Part shown: one piece after another, positions 1-24,521 of the stretch | Numbering within the stretch: position 1 is the stretch's first letter | Layout of the letters: every line of letters begins with the position of its first letter | Source: the human T2T-CHM13v2.0 reference genome, Homo sapiens | NCBI RefSeq assembly: GCF_009914755.1 | Contig: NC_060927.1 | Length of the DNA: 64,000 nt | Reading direction: 5' to 3' (one strand) | Program-made: the position numbers and the translations under genes | Notes under the pieces: generated by a model | Seen by the model: only the letters and a program-made list of their open reading frames with translations | What the model was told of the DNA's origin: nothing | Databases searched by the model: none

Positions 1-49
1 GTACCCATCAGCGCAGGAGAAGGTGCTCCAGAGATCTTCTGTTCTTCAG
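1..49 (+). CDS. PDE12: PDE12 (2',5'-phosphodiesterase 12 / mitochondrial deadenylase) 3' end of upstream coding exon, 5'-truncated by window edge
   Basis: Frame from base 2 reads YPSAQEKVLQRSSVLQ, followed by donor CAG|GTAAAG at 49/50; splices in frame to the 1674 exon. Confidence 0.93.
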
Positions 50-779
50 GTAAAGTAGTTCCGCCCGTCTCTTCACATACTGTCCCACTTTTAGGGGCCA
101 GGAAGGCGAGGAATGAGGTGGGGGTTAAAAGTGCGATGAAAGTATCCAGATATTGTTGAAAGGTGTGTTTGCCCTTGTATCTTCAGCACAAAGTTTACTC
201 TTCATTCATTCAGCAGATATTTTTTGAACACCTCTGGTGTGCCTGCCACACTGCAGGTTGCCTTGAACAAGACTAGCAGGGACTTTTACAGTGCTTACAA
301 TCTAGCGAGAGGGACACACGCTAAATGCAAGAACAATAGTAGCTAATGTTTTTTACTACTTGCCAAGCACTGTTCTGGCACATTTTAAAGTACTTAAAAT
401 TTAAGAGCGTGGTGTGTTTTGAAGTGCTCCATAAATATAAACTAGTTTTTTTTAAATCATAGGCTCATTGAATCTTCACAGTAAGTCCCCTATTCCCATT
501 TTATAGATGTCATTCTTGTGTTAAAGTTTTTAAGTAATTGATTTTGTTCATAATAAGAAGAGCAGCTACCATTTTTTAAGTACCTAAGGTGTTTCATGCA
601 CCTTATAAGATCATTTAATTGACTCCACACAACAGCCCATGAGGTGGATGGTATTGTCAGTGACTGCCAGTACGAAACTGGCTAGAAAAGCATCTTTTTG
701 CAGGTCACATTGCTATAAATGGTGAAATGAGTATTCAAACCCAGGTCTGCCTGACTCCAAAGCCTGTGCTTACGCTTGA

Positions 780-1154
<375 letters not shown>

Positions 1155-1303
1155 TATATTGGACTATTATTAAAACATGTTACACTGAACCTAGTCATGT
1201 AGATCCTGAAACTTAAGTTGGATTTCATGACTGCAGTCCTAGTTCATCAAGGGAAGGAGATGGAAGAAAACGTTAGTTCGCCATTAGTCTTAGATAAAAA
1301 ACA

Positions 1304-1664
<361 letters not shown>

Positions 1665-1673
1665 TTATTTTAG

Positions 1674-1752
1674 GTTTCAGTTCTTCAGTCTACAAAGGAC
1701 TCTTCTAAAAGGATATGTGTTGCTAATACCCATCTTTACTGGCATCCTAAAG
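1674..1752 (+). CDS. PDE12: PDE12 penultimate exon (79 nt)
   Basis: Acceptor TTTATTTTAG|GTT, donor AAG|GTAGGT; encodes VSVLQSTKDSSKRICVANTHLYWHPK (EEP/CCR4-type NTHL motif); phase 1 matches the next exon. Confidence 0.95.
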
Positions 1753-1926
1753 GTAGGTTTTATTTGGTATCACAAGTGACTTAAACACGCTTAAAGTTGT
1801 TTAAAGCTGTTTTACACAAATGCATATCTTGAACGTCACCCAGAGACTGTAATTTGTGTAGTTTTTCTTTTTTAACTTAAAGACAACTTTAAAAAATACT
1901 TACATTAATGTTTTTTATATTCATAG

Positions 1927-2369
1927 GTGGGTATATTCGCCTCATTCAAATGGCAGTAGCCTTGGCTCACATAAGACATGTTTCATGTGATCTGTATCCT
2001 GGCATACCAGTTATATTTTGTGGGGACTTTAATAGTACACCATCAACAGGAATGTATCATTTTGTCATCAATGGCAGCATTCCAGAGGATCATGAAGACT
2101 GGGCTTCCAATGGGGAGGAGGAAAGATGCAATATGTCTCTTACACATTTCTTCAAGCTGAAAAGTGCTTGTGGTGAACCTGCTTACACAAATTATGTTGG
2201 TGGCTTTCATGGATGTCTAGATTACATTTTCATTGACTTAAATGCTTTAGAGGTTGAACAGGTGATTCCATTACCTAGTCATGAAGAAGTTACCACCCAC
2301 CAGGCCTTACCTAGTGTTTCCCATCCCTCTGATCACATAGCACTTGTATGTGATTTAAAATGGAAATAG
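1927..2369 (+). CDS. PDE12: PDE12 last coding exon
   Basis: Acceptor TTCATAG|GT; GGYIRLIQ...CGDFNS...LDYIF...PSDHIALVCDLKWK*; EEP catalytic motifs GDFN, DY and SDH; TAG stop at 2367-2369. Confidence 0.96.
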
Positions 2370-2663
2370 ATGTGTGTTTAATGGAATTGAAGTCTGAAAA
2401 GGAAGTAGTTATTTTAGCAGAAAATTTAATATGAATCAAAGCTTATATGTAAACTTCAAGGAGGAATGGTAAAATGTTCAGCCCTCCTAGTTATGTTCCT
2501 GATGTCTTCGTTATGAAACTGTTGATGTTTGCATCATACATCTTCTCTTTCCTTGTTTTCCTCTACAATTGGAGGAGAAACAAATATATTTCTTACTAGC
2601 AAAATAGAAAATTGAATTATTTTTCTCCAACTTGAGACTCTCAGAAAAGGAAGATTGAATTAG

Positions 2664-3006
<343 letters not shown>

Positions 3007-5547
3007 TAAGAGAATTTTTTTAGCTAGGAGTTCAGAATTTTTAAAGTACCATTTGAATGATCTTAATTTTTCTTTCATGACAACACATTCCAAAATGAAT
3101 CATGCTTATGTACTAAGAGGGAAAATGTATTTAAGTTAAGGGTGAGAGACTTAAGTTATAGGTGACCTTAGAGACCTAAGGTGAGAGACTTGACACATGG
3201 AAGGAGTAACATTAGGGTCTACCTCTACCTCAATTTAGTTAGCGATTTACTACAATTTCAGAGCTTTAACAAAAGATAAAAATAAATCGTCACCAATTGT
3301 TATTGCTTCTCATCTTTCATTTTTCAATGAACAAGTAAGGTATTTTCATTCTTATTTTTAGGATTTTAGTTTTTAGTGTATGGTACAAATGAACACAGTT
3401 TATATTCTAATTCTTACTGCAGCTCATTTTAATTTTTAGGATGCAAGCACAATTTAGTATTCAAAGTGAGTAGCAACATATTCAACTTGATCCCATTGTC
3501 TTCAGTTACTCTTGCCCATGAAAAATGTTCATAAATGAACAGGGTATTTGACCATATGATATTAGAAAATACAGCACATTACTTTATGAGAAACTACCTA
3601 CTGATATGGGCTTGAAATTTTGGATGAATCATTGAGCATTTCTACACTAGAAGTAATTTCAAAATTGTTGGTTTTTATAAACAGGAAAAAGGTTGAGTAG
3701 TGGGACTTTTAAGCATCTCTGAAATAAAAAACTTCTTTTTACAGACAAGCATTATAGTTTGAGTTACAGACAACAGTGTGTATATATGTAATATATATAT
3801 AGTAAAATGAAATTTAAATATGAAGCCAAACTTTTTAAAATTAGAAACTACAAATGGTTATACTGATTAGTGTCTAGCCTAGAGTGGTAACCATGCTTTA
3901 CTAATTCAGTTATGAAATACATTATTTATAATGCATTAGCTGTATTAGCTGTTGCTTTTTTGATGTTCAGGATAACTATGTTATCTCATTTCTGCATTTA
4001 ATTAATAGCTCGAGTATTAAAAGCCCACTCCCTTCAAGAAAAGCTTTGATTTTCCCCAGTCATGAAAGCCCTTGTTTCAAATTCTTTAATCTCTGAACCT
4101 AGTATCATAAGAATTTCCTCTTTTGATAACATCTGTACTTTCATATTCTGCTCACTATCAAATGTATTGTTAACACTTAGTAAGTTTGAAAATGAAGGGG
4201 TTTTATCTGCATTTGACATTGAACCTTGAAGTACTTTAAGTACTCCAAGGGGAAAATTAAAGTGGAAGTTTCTTCGGATCTTGTTTAGAAAAAACTATAA
4301 ATAAAAAATTGATGCTACCAAATTGTGCCTTCCTAAATAACATTTTTGAGAGCATTTTAACAGCAGTTTACAAATATGTAAATAATAGATTAAAACCAAA
4401 TCTTGATTCTCTTGTGAATTTTTTTTTCATTTTAAAAATATGTTTTTGGGCTGTTTTCAAAGAAAGATGTTGATAGAACCCTTAGAGTGACTTGGGAGAA
4501 AACAAAGTGTCACATCAAAAAGTTGAGAAACATTTTGAAAGAAAAAATTCGAACATGCCCATGAAAAAAGCATACAGCTTCCACATTAACACTGGCTAGA
4601 TTAAACTCTAGTCAGAAAAACTCAGCACTTAACAGACATTCCATGTCCTATATCCTTAATTTTGATGTTTTCTGACTAAACAATATACTCAGATTGTATA
4701 CAGGCATTTCACATTATTAGGACATGGAATGTTATTGTGAAGTGCCATATACTGTGATCAAATCTCCAGTATATGGATACGTTAAAATGATTGGAGTCCA
4801 AAGGTAGGGAACACTAAGAAAATGTATAAATAGCATACACATTTCTTTGTACTCATGAGTTAGAATGCAGTGTTATTCAGAAATGTCTGTTTAAAGCACC
4901 TATGTGATTGCATTTTTCTATTACATTTGGATTTTTTAGTACATTTAATTTTAAGAAAACATGGGAAATCTAGCGACTTTCTATGGTAAACCACATTTTA
5001 TAATGTCACAAGTTCTTGCTATAGGAATTAACATTCTAGAATTTTATATTGATTATAAAAGAGTATTTCAGAACATATTATTCTGTTAAAATGAACTCTT
5101 GCACAGTTGCCGCTACAGCAAATGTGTCTGCCAATAATCAAAATTCATGAGCAAACAATCGTTTCTGGCTGTAATGTATGTTCTTTTTGAAATTCTGTAT
5201 GCTAAAATCAGTTGTTTCAAAATTTCAAGAATTCCACTGAGTAGTGATTTTTCTGAGTACTAAGCTATGATCTCATCAGAATGTGCTGGTTTCAGTCTGG
5301 AGATAGATTTCTGAGGAGCCTAATACAAGGGAGAGAATGTCCAAAGAACACTACTGTGGAAAGTTCTTACGATGGAAATTGACATCTTTTGTATCTCATT
5401 CTCCAGCCGTGAAATAAAGGCAGAGGTTCCCTGCAAACTAGTTTGGTTGGGATAAATCCAATATTTATATATAATGAAAAATAAAAGTTTGCATTATTAG
5501 TTTATCACAAGACCCATGTGACAACTCAGAAAATATTCTCAGCATAA

Positions 5548-8198
<2,651 letters not shown>

Positions 8199-8499
8199 GA
8201 TTTATTGCATATAATTCTTATATCCCCTGTGGAATAGTTTGGAGAAATGGTACATCCAAAGATAAAATCAGTTAGAAATAAACAGTGGCCTTCCTCAGAA
8301 AAGCTGGGCTATAGTGTTTTGGGTATCTTAAACCAAGAAAGGGTATTTCTATCCCAGCTGTAGAGTTTTTAATAATTCTATTATAAATAATGGAATCAGG
8401 CCAGCACAGTGGCTCACGTCACATAATCCCACTCTCCTTAAGAGCTTTTTTTGTCACTGCATATCAACTCAGTTGACAAGGACTGGCCCCCAAAAGAAG

Positions 8500-9170
8500 C
8501 TGCATACTCACTTGGCAGTCACTCCCCATTCTCCCTAGCTCCTGGCAACAACTTAACCTGTCTCTGTGGATTTGCCTATTCTGGACATTTCATATAAATT
8601 GAATCATAATTTATGTAGTCTTTTGTGACTGGCTTCTTTTACTTAGGATGTTTTTAAGGTTCTTACTGTTGTAGGATGTATCAGGAGTTTGTTTTTATGA
8701 TGAATGTTCCATCTTATGGACGTACCACATTTGTCCATTCATTAGTTGACAGACATTTGAATTGCTTCCACTTCCTGGCTTCTATGAATAATGCTGCCAT
8801 AAACATTTGTGATAAGTTTTTGAGTGAATATGTGTTTTTGTTTCTCTTGGGCACATACAGGGAATGGAATTGTTGGGTGCTGTGATAACCTTTTGAGGAA
8901 CTGCCAGACTTACGGAAAGCAGTTGCACTATTTTGCATTCCCACCAAGCAATATGAGGGTTCCAGTTTCCCTCCATCCTCATTAACACTTTATTATCTTT
9001 TTGATTATAGGCATCCTAGTGTCAAGTGGCATCTTATTGTGGTTTTGATTTGCATTTCCATGATGGTTAACGATGTTAAGCATCTTTTCATGTGCTCGTT
9101 GGCCATCTATATATCTCTGGAGAAATGTCTTTTGAAATACTTTGCCCATTTAAAAATGTTATTTGTTGTT
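8500..9170 (-). mobile_element. Old L1M (MB-like) 3' fragment
   Basis: Degenerate L1 ORF2 C-terminal and 3' UTR motifs (CATTCCCACCAAGCAAT, GATTTGCATTTCC). Confidence 0.7.
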
Positions 9171-9292
9171 TAGCCACCCCTCCTTAAAAAATAAATAATA
9201 TAATAATCCATCATCCCTTGCCTTTTCAGGACCATCCGGGAGGCAAATCTTTCTTAGTCTGTGCTTCATACATCCCTTTAGTTCCCAGCCTA

Positions 9293-13512
<4,220 letters not shown>

Positions 13513-13748
13513 CTCCTTTTACCCTTGATCTGACTTTAGAAAACTATGTTTTTAATAGTGTTCCCCATGCTGTTATACACATGAAAACAATCTAGATCTC
13601 CACTTTATACAATTAGTAACCTACCAGTGGGATCTGTGTTACTGTTCACAGTACATAAAATATGCAAGCAAAGTTGGCTACATAAGAAAATACATTTCAA
13701 ATACCTTCAAAACTCAAAAAGAACACACACAATTACGTATTTTATCAT

Positions 13749-13754
13749 TTTATT
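13749..13754 (-). terminator. ARF4: ARF4 distal poly(A) signal
   Basis: AATAAA on the minus strand with downstream GU-rich GTGTGTGTTCTTTTT (~13716-13730). Confidence 0.8.
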
Positions 13755-14298
13755 AGGAATAATTCCGAATGGGTTAAGAAGAAAATGTATTCATCGAATT
13801 TGGTGAGTTTTCCAAAAACTCTTAATGAAGATATGTCTGCCCAATAAACAAAACATCAGCAGAACTATCATATACTGAGCAAAAAATCAGGCTGATAACA
13901 AAAGCAACATGCAACATAAAAAAGACACAATATAAAGGAAGACAATCTGCTGAGTATTAAAAACCATCTAAATATCAATTCTTTGCAACCAGCACAGAAC
14001 TAATTGGCTATCAAATCCAAACCCCACCAAGGTTAAGTTTGGCTGATGTAGGCCAGGAGTCAATGTAGGGGGAAAAATTTCCTCAGTGCAAGAGAGCTGA
14101 GTAGTGTTTTGGATCTTTCTCTGGCTGGTACAAGCAGTATTAGAAAATCTTTTTGGCAAGGGAGAGAAATAAATACAAATGGAATGCTACATTTTTAAAT
14201 TAGCAAACTGTCTCAGGAATGATAAAGGTATCAGTAAAGTAGCAAGGGGATAACTTTAAAACATTATTTGTCTGGGGCTCAAAAAACACTCAAAACAA

Positions 14299-14304
14299 TT
14301 TATT
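14299..14304 (-). terminator. ARF4: ARF4 candidate proximal poly(A) signal
   Basis: AATAAA followed directly by GU/U-rich TGTTTTGAGTGTTTTTT on the minus strand. Confidence 0.5.
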
Positions 14305-14581
14305 TAAAGGTTGCACAAGAGCTATGTCCAGGCATTTACGCTTATGGGAAGTAAAATTAAAAGAGGATACTTTTTTCCCAAGGAGAATTTCTTTAAAACC
14401 AAGCACATTGCTAAATAGCAACATTATACTCGGTAAACAATAATTGGCAACAAAATAAGTTTAATATTCTGCCCAAACCAGTCCCAGATACTGTTTAATA
14501 ACCAAGATACAAACTAATTTTGTTGTAACAAGCCTAGACCAATTTTATCAAACATGTCCTTGGTTAGATATCCAATTTCAT

Positions 14582-14668
14582 TTAACGTTTTGAAAGCTCA
14601 TTTGACAGCCAGTCAAGTCCTTCATACAGACCAGTTCCTTGTGTTGCACAAGTGGCTTGAACATACCA
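14582..14668 (-). CDS. ARF4: ARF4 exon 6 coding part
   Basis: CAG|TGG acceptor; [28 protein letters not shown]; TAA at 14584-14582. Confidence 0.97.
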   Translation of the reverse strand, partial: WYVQATCATQGTGLYEGLDWLSNELSKR

Positions 14669-14807
14669 CTGTAAAGAGAAGACAAGAAAATACTTGATTA
14701 ACAAAGTTAATATATAACACCAGTGTTTAAACTTTCTTAATCAAACTTAAGAGTCTTTTCACACCTCTTGCATCTCACAAAACTCTCCCATATTTAAAGC
14801 TACTTCT

Positions 14808-17520
<2,713 letters not shown>

Positions 17521-17917
17521 CCCATCTCCACTTTTAAAACAAGCAAACAAACATTACTGGACCCTTAATAAGAAAGCCAGATTTCAAAATATTTGCTGTA
17601 GGGTTACTTAAAAGATACAAAATTAAAATTAAGACTATCAATAATCTTCTTTCCATTCCTTCCACCTCTCCCTTCAAAAAAAAAAAAAAAGAAAAAAGAA
17701 ACTATCAATAATCTTTAGACCTATTCTACAGTAGTTTTCCGTTTCTTTACAAAAATCAAATAAGGTATTTAAAGTTTATTACCATATTTTTAAATAAATG
17801 ATGTGCTCATTATTTGTCCAAAGGAGATAATAAATGTTTAAACTGAATATTAGCTTACACAACTATCCTAGTAAGTCTTAATAGTCAAGAGGTTAATATC
17901 AACCTCCAAATACTTAC

Positions 17918-18043
17918 TGTTCTGTTACGAAGAGACTGAAGCCCTAGTTTATCTGTCATTTCACTGATGGCCATAGCATTTGGCAAATCCTGTTTGTTTG
18001 CAAAAAGTAGCAGCACTGCATCTCTCAATTCATCTACCAGAAG
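17918..18043 (-). CDS. ARF4: ARF4 exon 5 (126 nt)
   Basis: [42 protein letters not shown] (G4 NKQD motif); CAG| acceptor and |GTAAGT donor. Confidence 0.97.
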
Positions 18044-18539
18044 CTGGAAATAAAAGGTAAGGCATTAACAACTACCAACCGGAATCCAATTTTTGAAAAT
18101 GTCTTCCTATATATACTTTACTCAGCATTAAATACATTATTAAACATTAACCTAATTTCTCGACACAAAGTTCACTCTTACAACTGAAGTCTCATATCCT
18201 TCAGTTTTTAAATCCAGAGCAAACAATCATATGCCTTCAAATAAGACAGAACTGTTTTCCAAGTCAATCATCCTACACCCCATTAAATTAAAGCAAATCA
18301 CTCATCATTCAGCCTTCATGATTACCCATTGTCAGGACTGATAAGGGCAAGAAATACATGTGGGAATAAAATGTTTATGGCAGGTTCTTATGGTACTTAG
18401 TAGCAGAAGTACTTAGATAGATGATGATTCTTTTCGGACTTCTATCCTTTCCAACAACAGTGGGACAATAACACAATTATCTGGGTGTTGGCAGTATCAT
18501 GAAATATACAAAAAAAAAGTACCAAGAACAGAAGTTGTA

Positions 18540-18870
18540 CTGATGCATGATGCAATATAGACGAACCCTGAAAAATTATGCTAAGTGAAAAAATCAGTCA
18601 CAAAAGAACACATTGTATGTTTTCATTTATATGAATGTCCAGAATAGGTGACTGTATAAAGACAAATTAGTGGCTGTCAGAGGCTGGGAGTGTGGTGTAC
18701 GAGAGGAAGGAAATGGGAATGACTGCTAATGGTCCAAGATTTCTTTGAGGGTGATGAAAATTTTCTAGTATTAGATTGTGATGATGGTTGTACAACTATG
18801 TATGCTAAAAGCCATTGATATGCACATTTAAAAAGGATGACATTTATAGTGTGTGAAGTATGTCTCAACC
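18540..18870 (+). mobile_element. Old L1M 3' UTR fragment in ARF4 intron 4
   Basis: ATTATGCTAAGTGAAA...GGGTGATGAAAATTTTCT...GATGGTTGTACAAC motifs. Confidence 0.7.
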
Positions 18871-19685
18871 AAGCTTTTTTTTTTTTTTTTTTTTTTGAAG
18901 AGGGAAAGCTGGTGACATTTGACTCAGGCAAAAATCCAACAATGACTTAGTTACACATATACTGGCACAATGGTTTTACAAACTGCCCTCTAATCTTAGG
19001 AGGAATGAACAAGAATTAAGATTTCATTTCAGTAAATATTTTATGGCTACAAGTTTAAAATCATGACAAGGATTCTCAGCAGTCTTCCTCCATTTAGTAC
19101 ATTTAACAACATGAACACATGAAAACATTAATCCAATCTATGGGAAGGCTGCAAAATGCCACTGTGAACCAAACATTTGTCTCTACTTTCAGAAGGAATT
19201 CCTTATCCTTAAATGGTTACTATTAAAAAACATTTCTGAAGTAATTATTGGCACAGCATAGAGAAAATGGAACCGATGACCTTGGGAACAAAACATCTGA
19301 ACCAAGATTCCTAGGGTCAAAACCACTACAGCACTATAGATTTGATATCTGTAAAGTAAGGGACTGAGCTAAATCAGATATCCTCAGCCAGAGATAGGCA
19401 TCAAGATTACCCATGAGGCATTCTAAAAAAAAAAAAAACAACACTGCTCTGCCTTCCTCCCAACTTACTGAAGTAGCTACTCTTCCATGTGTTTTTTAAA
19501 ACGCTCTATAAGAGATTTTGAAGTACATTATTAAGAACCTGTGGATAATATAGTTTCTTAAGTTTATTTCTAGCCCCCCCAATCCATTTGTGTAATCTAA
19601 TCATAGTCAAAATGTACTAAACCACCACCAGTTTAATCCAGAAAAGCACACCTTGAAAATGATGAATTTAAAGTATATTTCTTAC

Positions 19686-19757
19686 CATTTTCTGCAGCTC
19701 ATCTGCTACTTCCTGAATTCTTTCACGATCGTTGCTATCTACCACAAAAATAAGACC
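19686..19757 (-). CDS. ARF4: ARF4 exon 4 (72 nt)
   Basis: GLIFVVDSNDRERIQEVADELQKM; CAG| acceptor and |GTAAG donor. Confidence 0.97.
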
Positions 19758-20551
19758 CTGGGGAAAAATTGTTTCAGTAAATTTTAACAGTTAAACGACA
19801 CTCTCTATATGAAACAGTGTAGGCAGCAAAATGGTACCAATGGTTAGACATTAGGAAGAAAATGTCTCTTTAAAAGTAAGAACTTAAGGCTGTAATGCTA
19901 AAAGCTGATTTGAGAACTATTTGTAAGTTTAATTTATTAGTGCTATTTCAAATCTAAAAAATTTTTATTCTTCACCAATTAATTACTTTTCTCAACTACC
20001 CTAAGAATAAATTGTATCTATTTTTCCCCTTCCCTCTGCACTCTCACATTTAAGTGCAGGTACCAAAATAGCCACAAAGTAGGAACAAAAAGAAAAATAA
20101 CAAATCAAGGATCCTAAAGAATCGTGAATTTGGCCAGGCATGGTGGCTCATCCTGTAATCCCAGCACTTTGGGAGGCTGAGGCAAACGATCAGGCCTGAA
20201 ATTGCTTGAACTCAGGAGTTTGAGACCAGCCTGGGCAACATGGCGAAAGGTCATCTCTACAAAAAAATACAAAAATTAGCCAGGTGTGGTGGTGCATGCC
20301 TTTAGTCCCAGCTACTTGGGAGATGAGGTGGGAGGAATCACGAGCCCGAGACGGAGGTTGCAGGGAGCTGAAATCGCACCACTGCACTGCAGCCTGGGTG
20401 GCAGAGCGAGACCCTATCTCAAAAAACAAACAAAAAAACCCCATGAATTTACTAACTGAATTAGCTTACTGACTCAAAGGCATGTACAGAGTAATAAAAG
20501 GGGGGTGGGATAGCGCGAGTGTGTACACTACAGTTTTTATCTGCTTCATCA

Positions 20552-20743
<192 letters not shown>

Positions 20744-23700
20744 TCAAAACCCTATCTCTTAAAAAAAAAAAGAAAGAAAAATTCAAGATTTACCTGATCG
20801 AGTAAGACATTCTTTAAAAAAAGGAAGGTAGTTATCAATTCTTAGAGATACAAATATTAGCTTCTTTTCTCAGACAGGGTCTCAACTCTGTTGCCTAGGA
20901 GCACAGTAGCACAATCTTGGCTCACTGCAGCCTTGACCCCCTGGGCTCAAATGATCCTCCCGCCTCAGCCTCCCAAGTAGCTGGGACTACAGGTGCGTGC
21001 CACCACACCTAGCTAATTTTTCTATTTTTTGTAGAGATGGGGTTTCACCACGTTGCCCATGTGGTCTCGAACTCCTGGACTCAAGTGATCCACCCATCTT
21101 GGCCTCCCAAAGTGTTGGGATTACAGGCATGAGCCATGGCACCTGGCCCATTATTAGAATTCTATACTACAAAATAAATGGAAGGAATTAGGAAGCAACT
21201 AGTTGAACTGTTTTTCTAAGAACTTTCAAATGGGAAAGTATAGAATTTTCAGCTAGAAAAGGGGGGGGGCAAAAATAAAAATAATAAAAAAGAAAAAAAG
21301 ATAAACCTTGACTCCTAAAGTATCAATTTTGATCATGTCACTTATAACAGATTGTCTTGCACTACTGATTTATGTAAGTAACGAGGCTGGTTGAGGTGGC
21401 TTTCGCCTGTAATCCCAGCATTCTGGGAGGCCGAGGCAGGTGGATCACCTGAGATCAGGAGTTCGAGATCAGCCTGGTGAAACCCCATCTCTACTAAAAA
21501 TACAAAAATTAGCCGGGCATGGTGGCACACCTGTAATCCCAGCTACTTGGCAGGCGGAGGCTGCAGTGAGCCGAGATGGCGCCATTGCACTCCAGCCTGG
21601 GCGACAAGAGCAAACTACATCTCAAAAAAAAAAAAAAAAAAAAAAAAGGAACTAGATTACATCCACTAAGGGCAAAGGACTATACTATATCTTTTTTTTC
21701 ACCCAGGCTGGAGTGCAGTGGTGCCATCTCAGCTCACTGCAAACCCCTCCTCCCAGTTTCAAATAATTCTCCTGCCTCAGCCTCCTGAGTAGCTGAGATT
21801 ACAGGCGCCCACCATTACACCTGGCTAATTTTTGTATTTTTAGTAGAGATGAGATTTTACTATGTTGGCCAGGTTAGTCTTGAACTCCTGACCTCAGGTG
21901 ATCTGCCTGCTTTGGCCTCCCAAAGTGCTGGGATTACAGGTGTGAGCCACCGCGCCCAGCCCCATCCTACATCATTTTCTGTTTACCTCTCAGGATTACC
22001 ACAGTACTGGGCTCTCCAGGAGCATCTAACACTTATTTTACATCCATTAAATGACAATTTCCTTTGTTTTAGCAAATTGTAAGTCCATTTCCTTTATCTC
22101 TGTTGGAAACCATAACTTAATTTTTAAATTTTATTTTACACTGCATCTATACCACCTGGAAAACCATCACTTTAAATATCCTATCCTTTGAGAAAACTTT
22201 TGGCTGGCATGGCACCTCTAATCCCACCACTTTGGGAGGCTGGGGTGGGAGGATCACATGAAGTCAGGAGTTCAAGATCACCCTGGGCAGAGTAAGACCC
22301 TGTCTCTACGAAAAAAATTAAAATTTTAGTAGGGCATGGTGGCACATGTCTATAGTCCTAGCTACTTAGGAAGCTGAGAAGGGAGGATCACATGAGCCCA
22401 GGAGGTTGACTGAAGCTACAGTGAGCCATGATCATGCCACTGCACTCTAGCCTGGGTAACAGAGTGAGACCCCATCTCAAAAACAAAAAATAATGTTTGA
22501 TGCTTTGGGAGCCAATATAGTGTGGTGGGAAGACAGACTCAAATTCAAATCTTATACTACTTGTTATATATATTATCTAATCCTTGACTATGCCTCGTCT
22601 AAATAAAATAAAAATACTAACTTCATAAGCTTGTTAAAGATTAAATGCAATCACAGAGATATAAAAGATCATTGTTCTTGGCTTATCATGGGCATTTATT
22701 TAGCAAATATGTCTCCTCCTTTCCATATTTCAAAAGCTACTCCTTTTTAGAACCAAACCTTCCATTTTTTTGTTTCTTCTTTTTTTCAAAAAAGAGGCAA
22801 GGTCTCCTTTTGTCCCCCAGGCTGGAGTACAGAGGCGCAACTGTAGCTCACTTCAGCCTCCAACTCCTGTGCTCAGGTGATCCTCCCACCTCAGCCTCTC
22901 AAGTAGCTGGGACTACAGGAGTATGCCACCATGCCCAGGTAATTTTTTTTTAATTTTTTTTTGTAGAGACAGGGTTTCACTCTGTTGCCTGGACTGGCCT
23001 CAAGTGATCCTCGTATCATGGCCTCCCAAAGTGTTGGTGTTTCAGGCATAAGCCATAGCACCCGGTCCTGAAACCTACCCTTTACAAGAGGTAATGCCCC
23101 TAAAAGGGACCTAATTTTATTTTGACTGCTAACTTCCCATTTTTATTCTTTTTTTTTTTTTTTAAATGTAAAGACAGGGTCTCACTATGTTCCCCAGGCT
23201 GGCCTCAAACTCCTGAGCTCAAGCGATCCTCCCACCTCAGCCTCCCAAAGTGCTGAGAGTACAGGCATAAGCCACTGCACCCAGCCTTTGTTTTAAAATG
23301 CAAATAATGCTATCAGTCCCAAAGTGACATTATTGAGAAGGAGAATTATTTTAGGTATTAATCCCTAATTATTTTCTTCCTGGAACAGCCTAGAATCAAG
23401 AGTGAAGAAAAGCTAGGATTCTACAGATAAGCCCAGCTGCTATGAAATTATTTGAAAAGCCAAATATTTACTTATTTACAATGGCAAATTAGTTGGAATT
23501 ATAAGAGGAATTTACTACACACTGTGCCATGGTTTGTTAGTATAAGTTAGAAACATGGTTAAAGCTATAGTTTCTTTTAAATTTTATAGCTAGGAGAACT
23601 GATCAGTAATGCTGGGAATGCAAGCTAAGAGCTTAGCTTTGATTCTATCAGGTAACACATAAAGCTTTCCCCAGCTAGCATGAACTCCCTAGGAAGCAGT

Positions 23701-23852
23701 ACTTAGACTTTTAATTCTCAGATGGTCCAAAGAGGCCAGAATTGGGTCTAATTTCAAATTAAGAATGCAAAGTAAATTACAAAGCATTCTAAACAAATCT
23801 AGGGATAAACCCAGGGTTACCCTTGGTCAAGAATTATTAGGCTTAAGGATTA

Positions 23853-24164
<312 letters not shown>

Positions 24165-24306
24165 TCAAAAAAAATAAACAAACTGTCTAGAGGGTAGAGC
24201 ACATTAGAGATGAGTATGAAACAACACAGCACTGCTTATATCCTAGTAACTGAAGCTGCATAATACATACATGTGAGTTTATTATGCTATTCTATTTGTA
24301 GGTGTA

Positions 24307-24521
24307 CAGATTGAGTTTCCTTAATCCAAAAATCCAAATCCAAAACTTCCCGAGCACCAACATAACAAAGAAAAAACTCCCTGGAGTATATCGGATTTTG
24401 GATTTCTGGATTTAGAATGCTCAACTGGGTACAATGCAAATATTCCAAAACCCCCAAAATTCTGAGATCAGAAACAGTGGTTTCTGGTCCCAAGAATTTC
24501 GGATAAGGAATGTTCACCTTG
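24307..24521. mobile_element. MER46-like Tigger4 MITE
   Basis: Degenerate TIRs CAGATTGAGTTTCCTTAATCCAAAA / TTTCGGATAAGGAATGTTCACCTTG, each flanked by TA. Confidence 0.75.

Noticed and set aside
1908-1926. N-terminal MFFIFI of the 153-aa ORF
   Set aside because: Intronic polypyrimidine tract; the real exon starts at 1927
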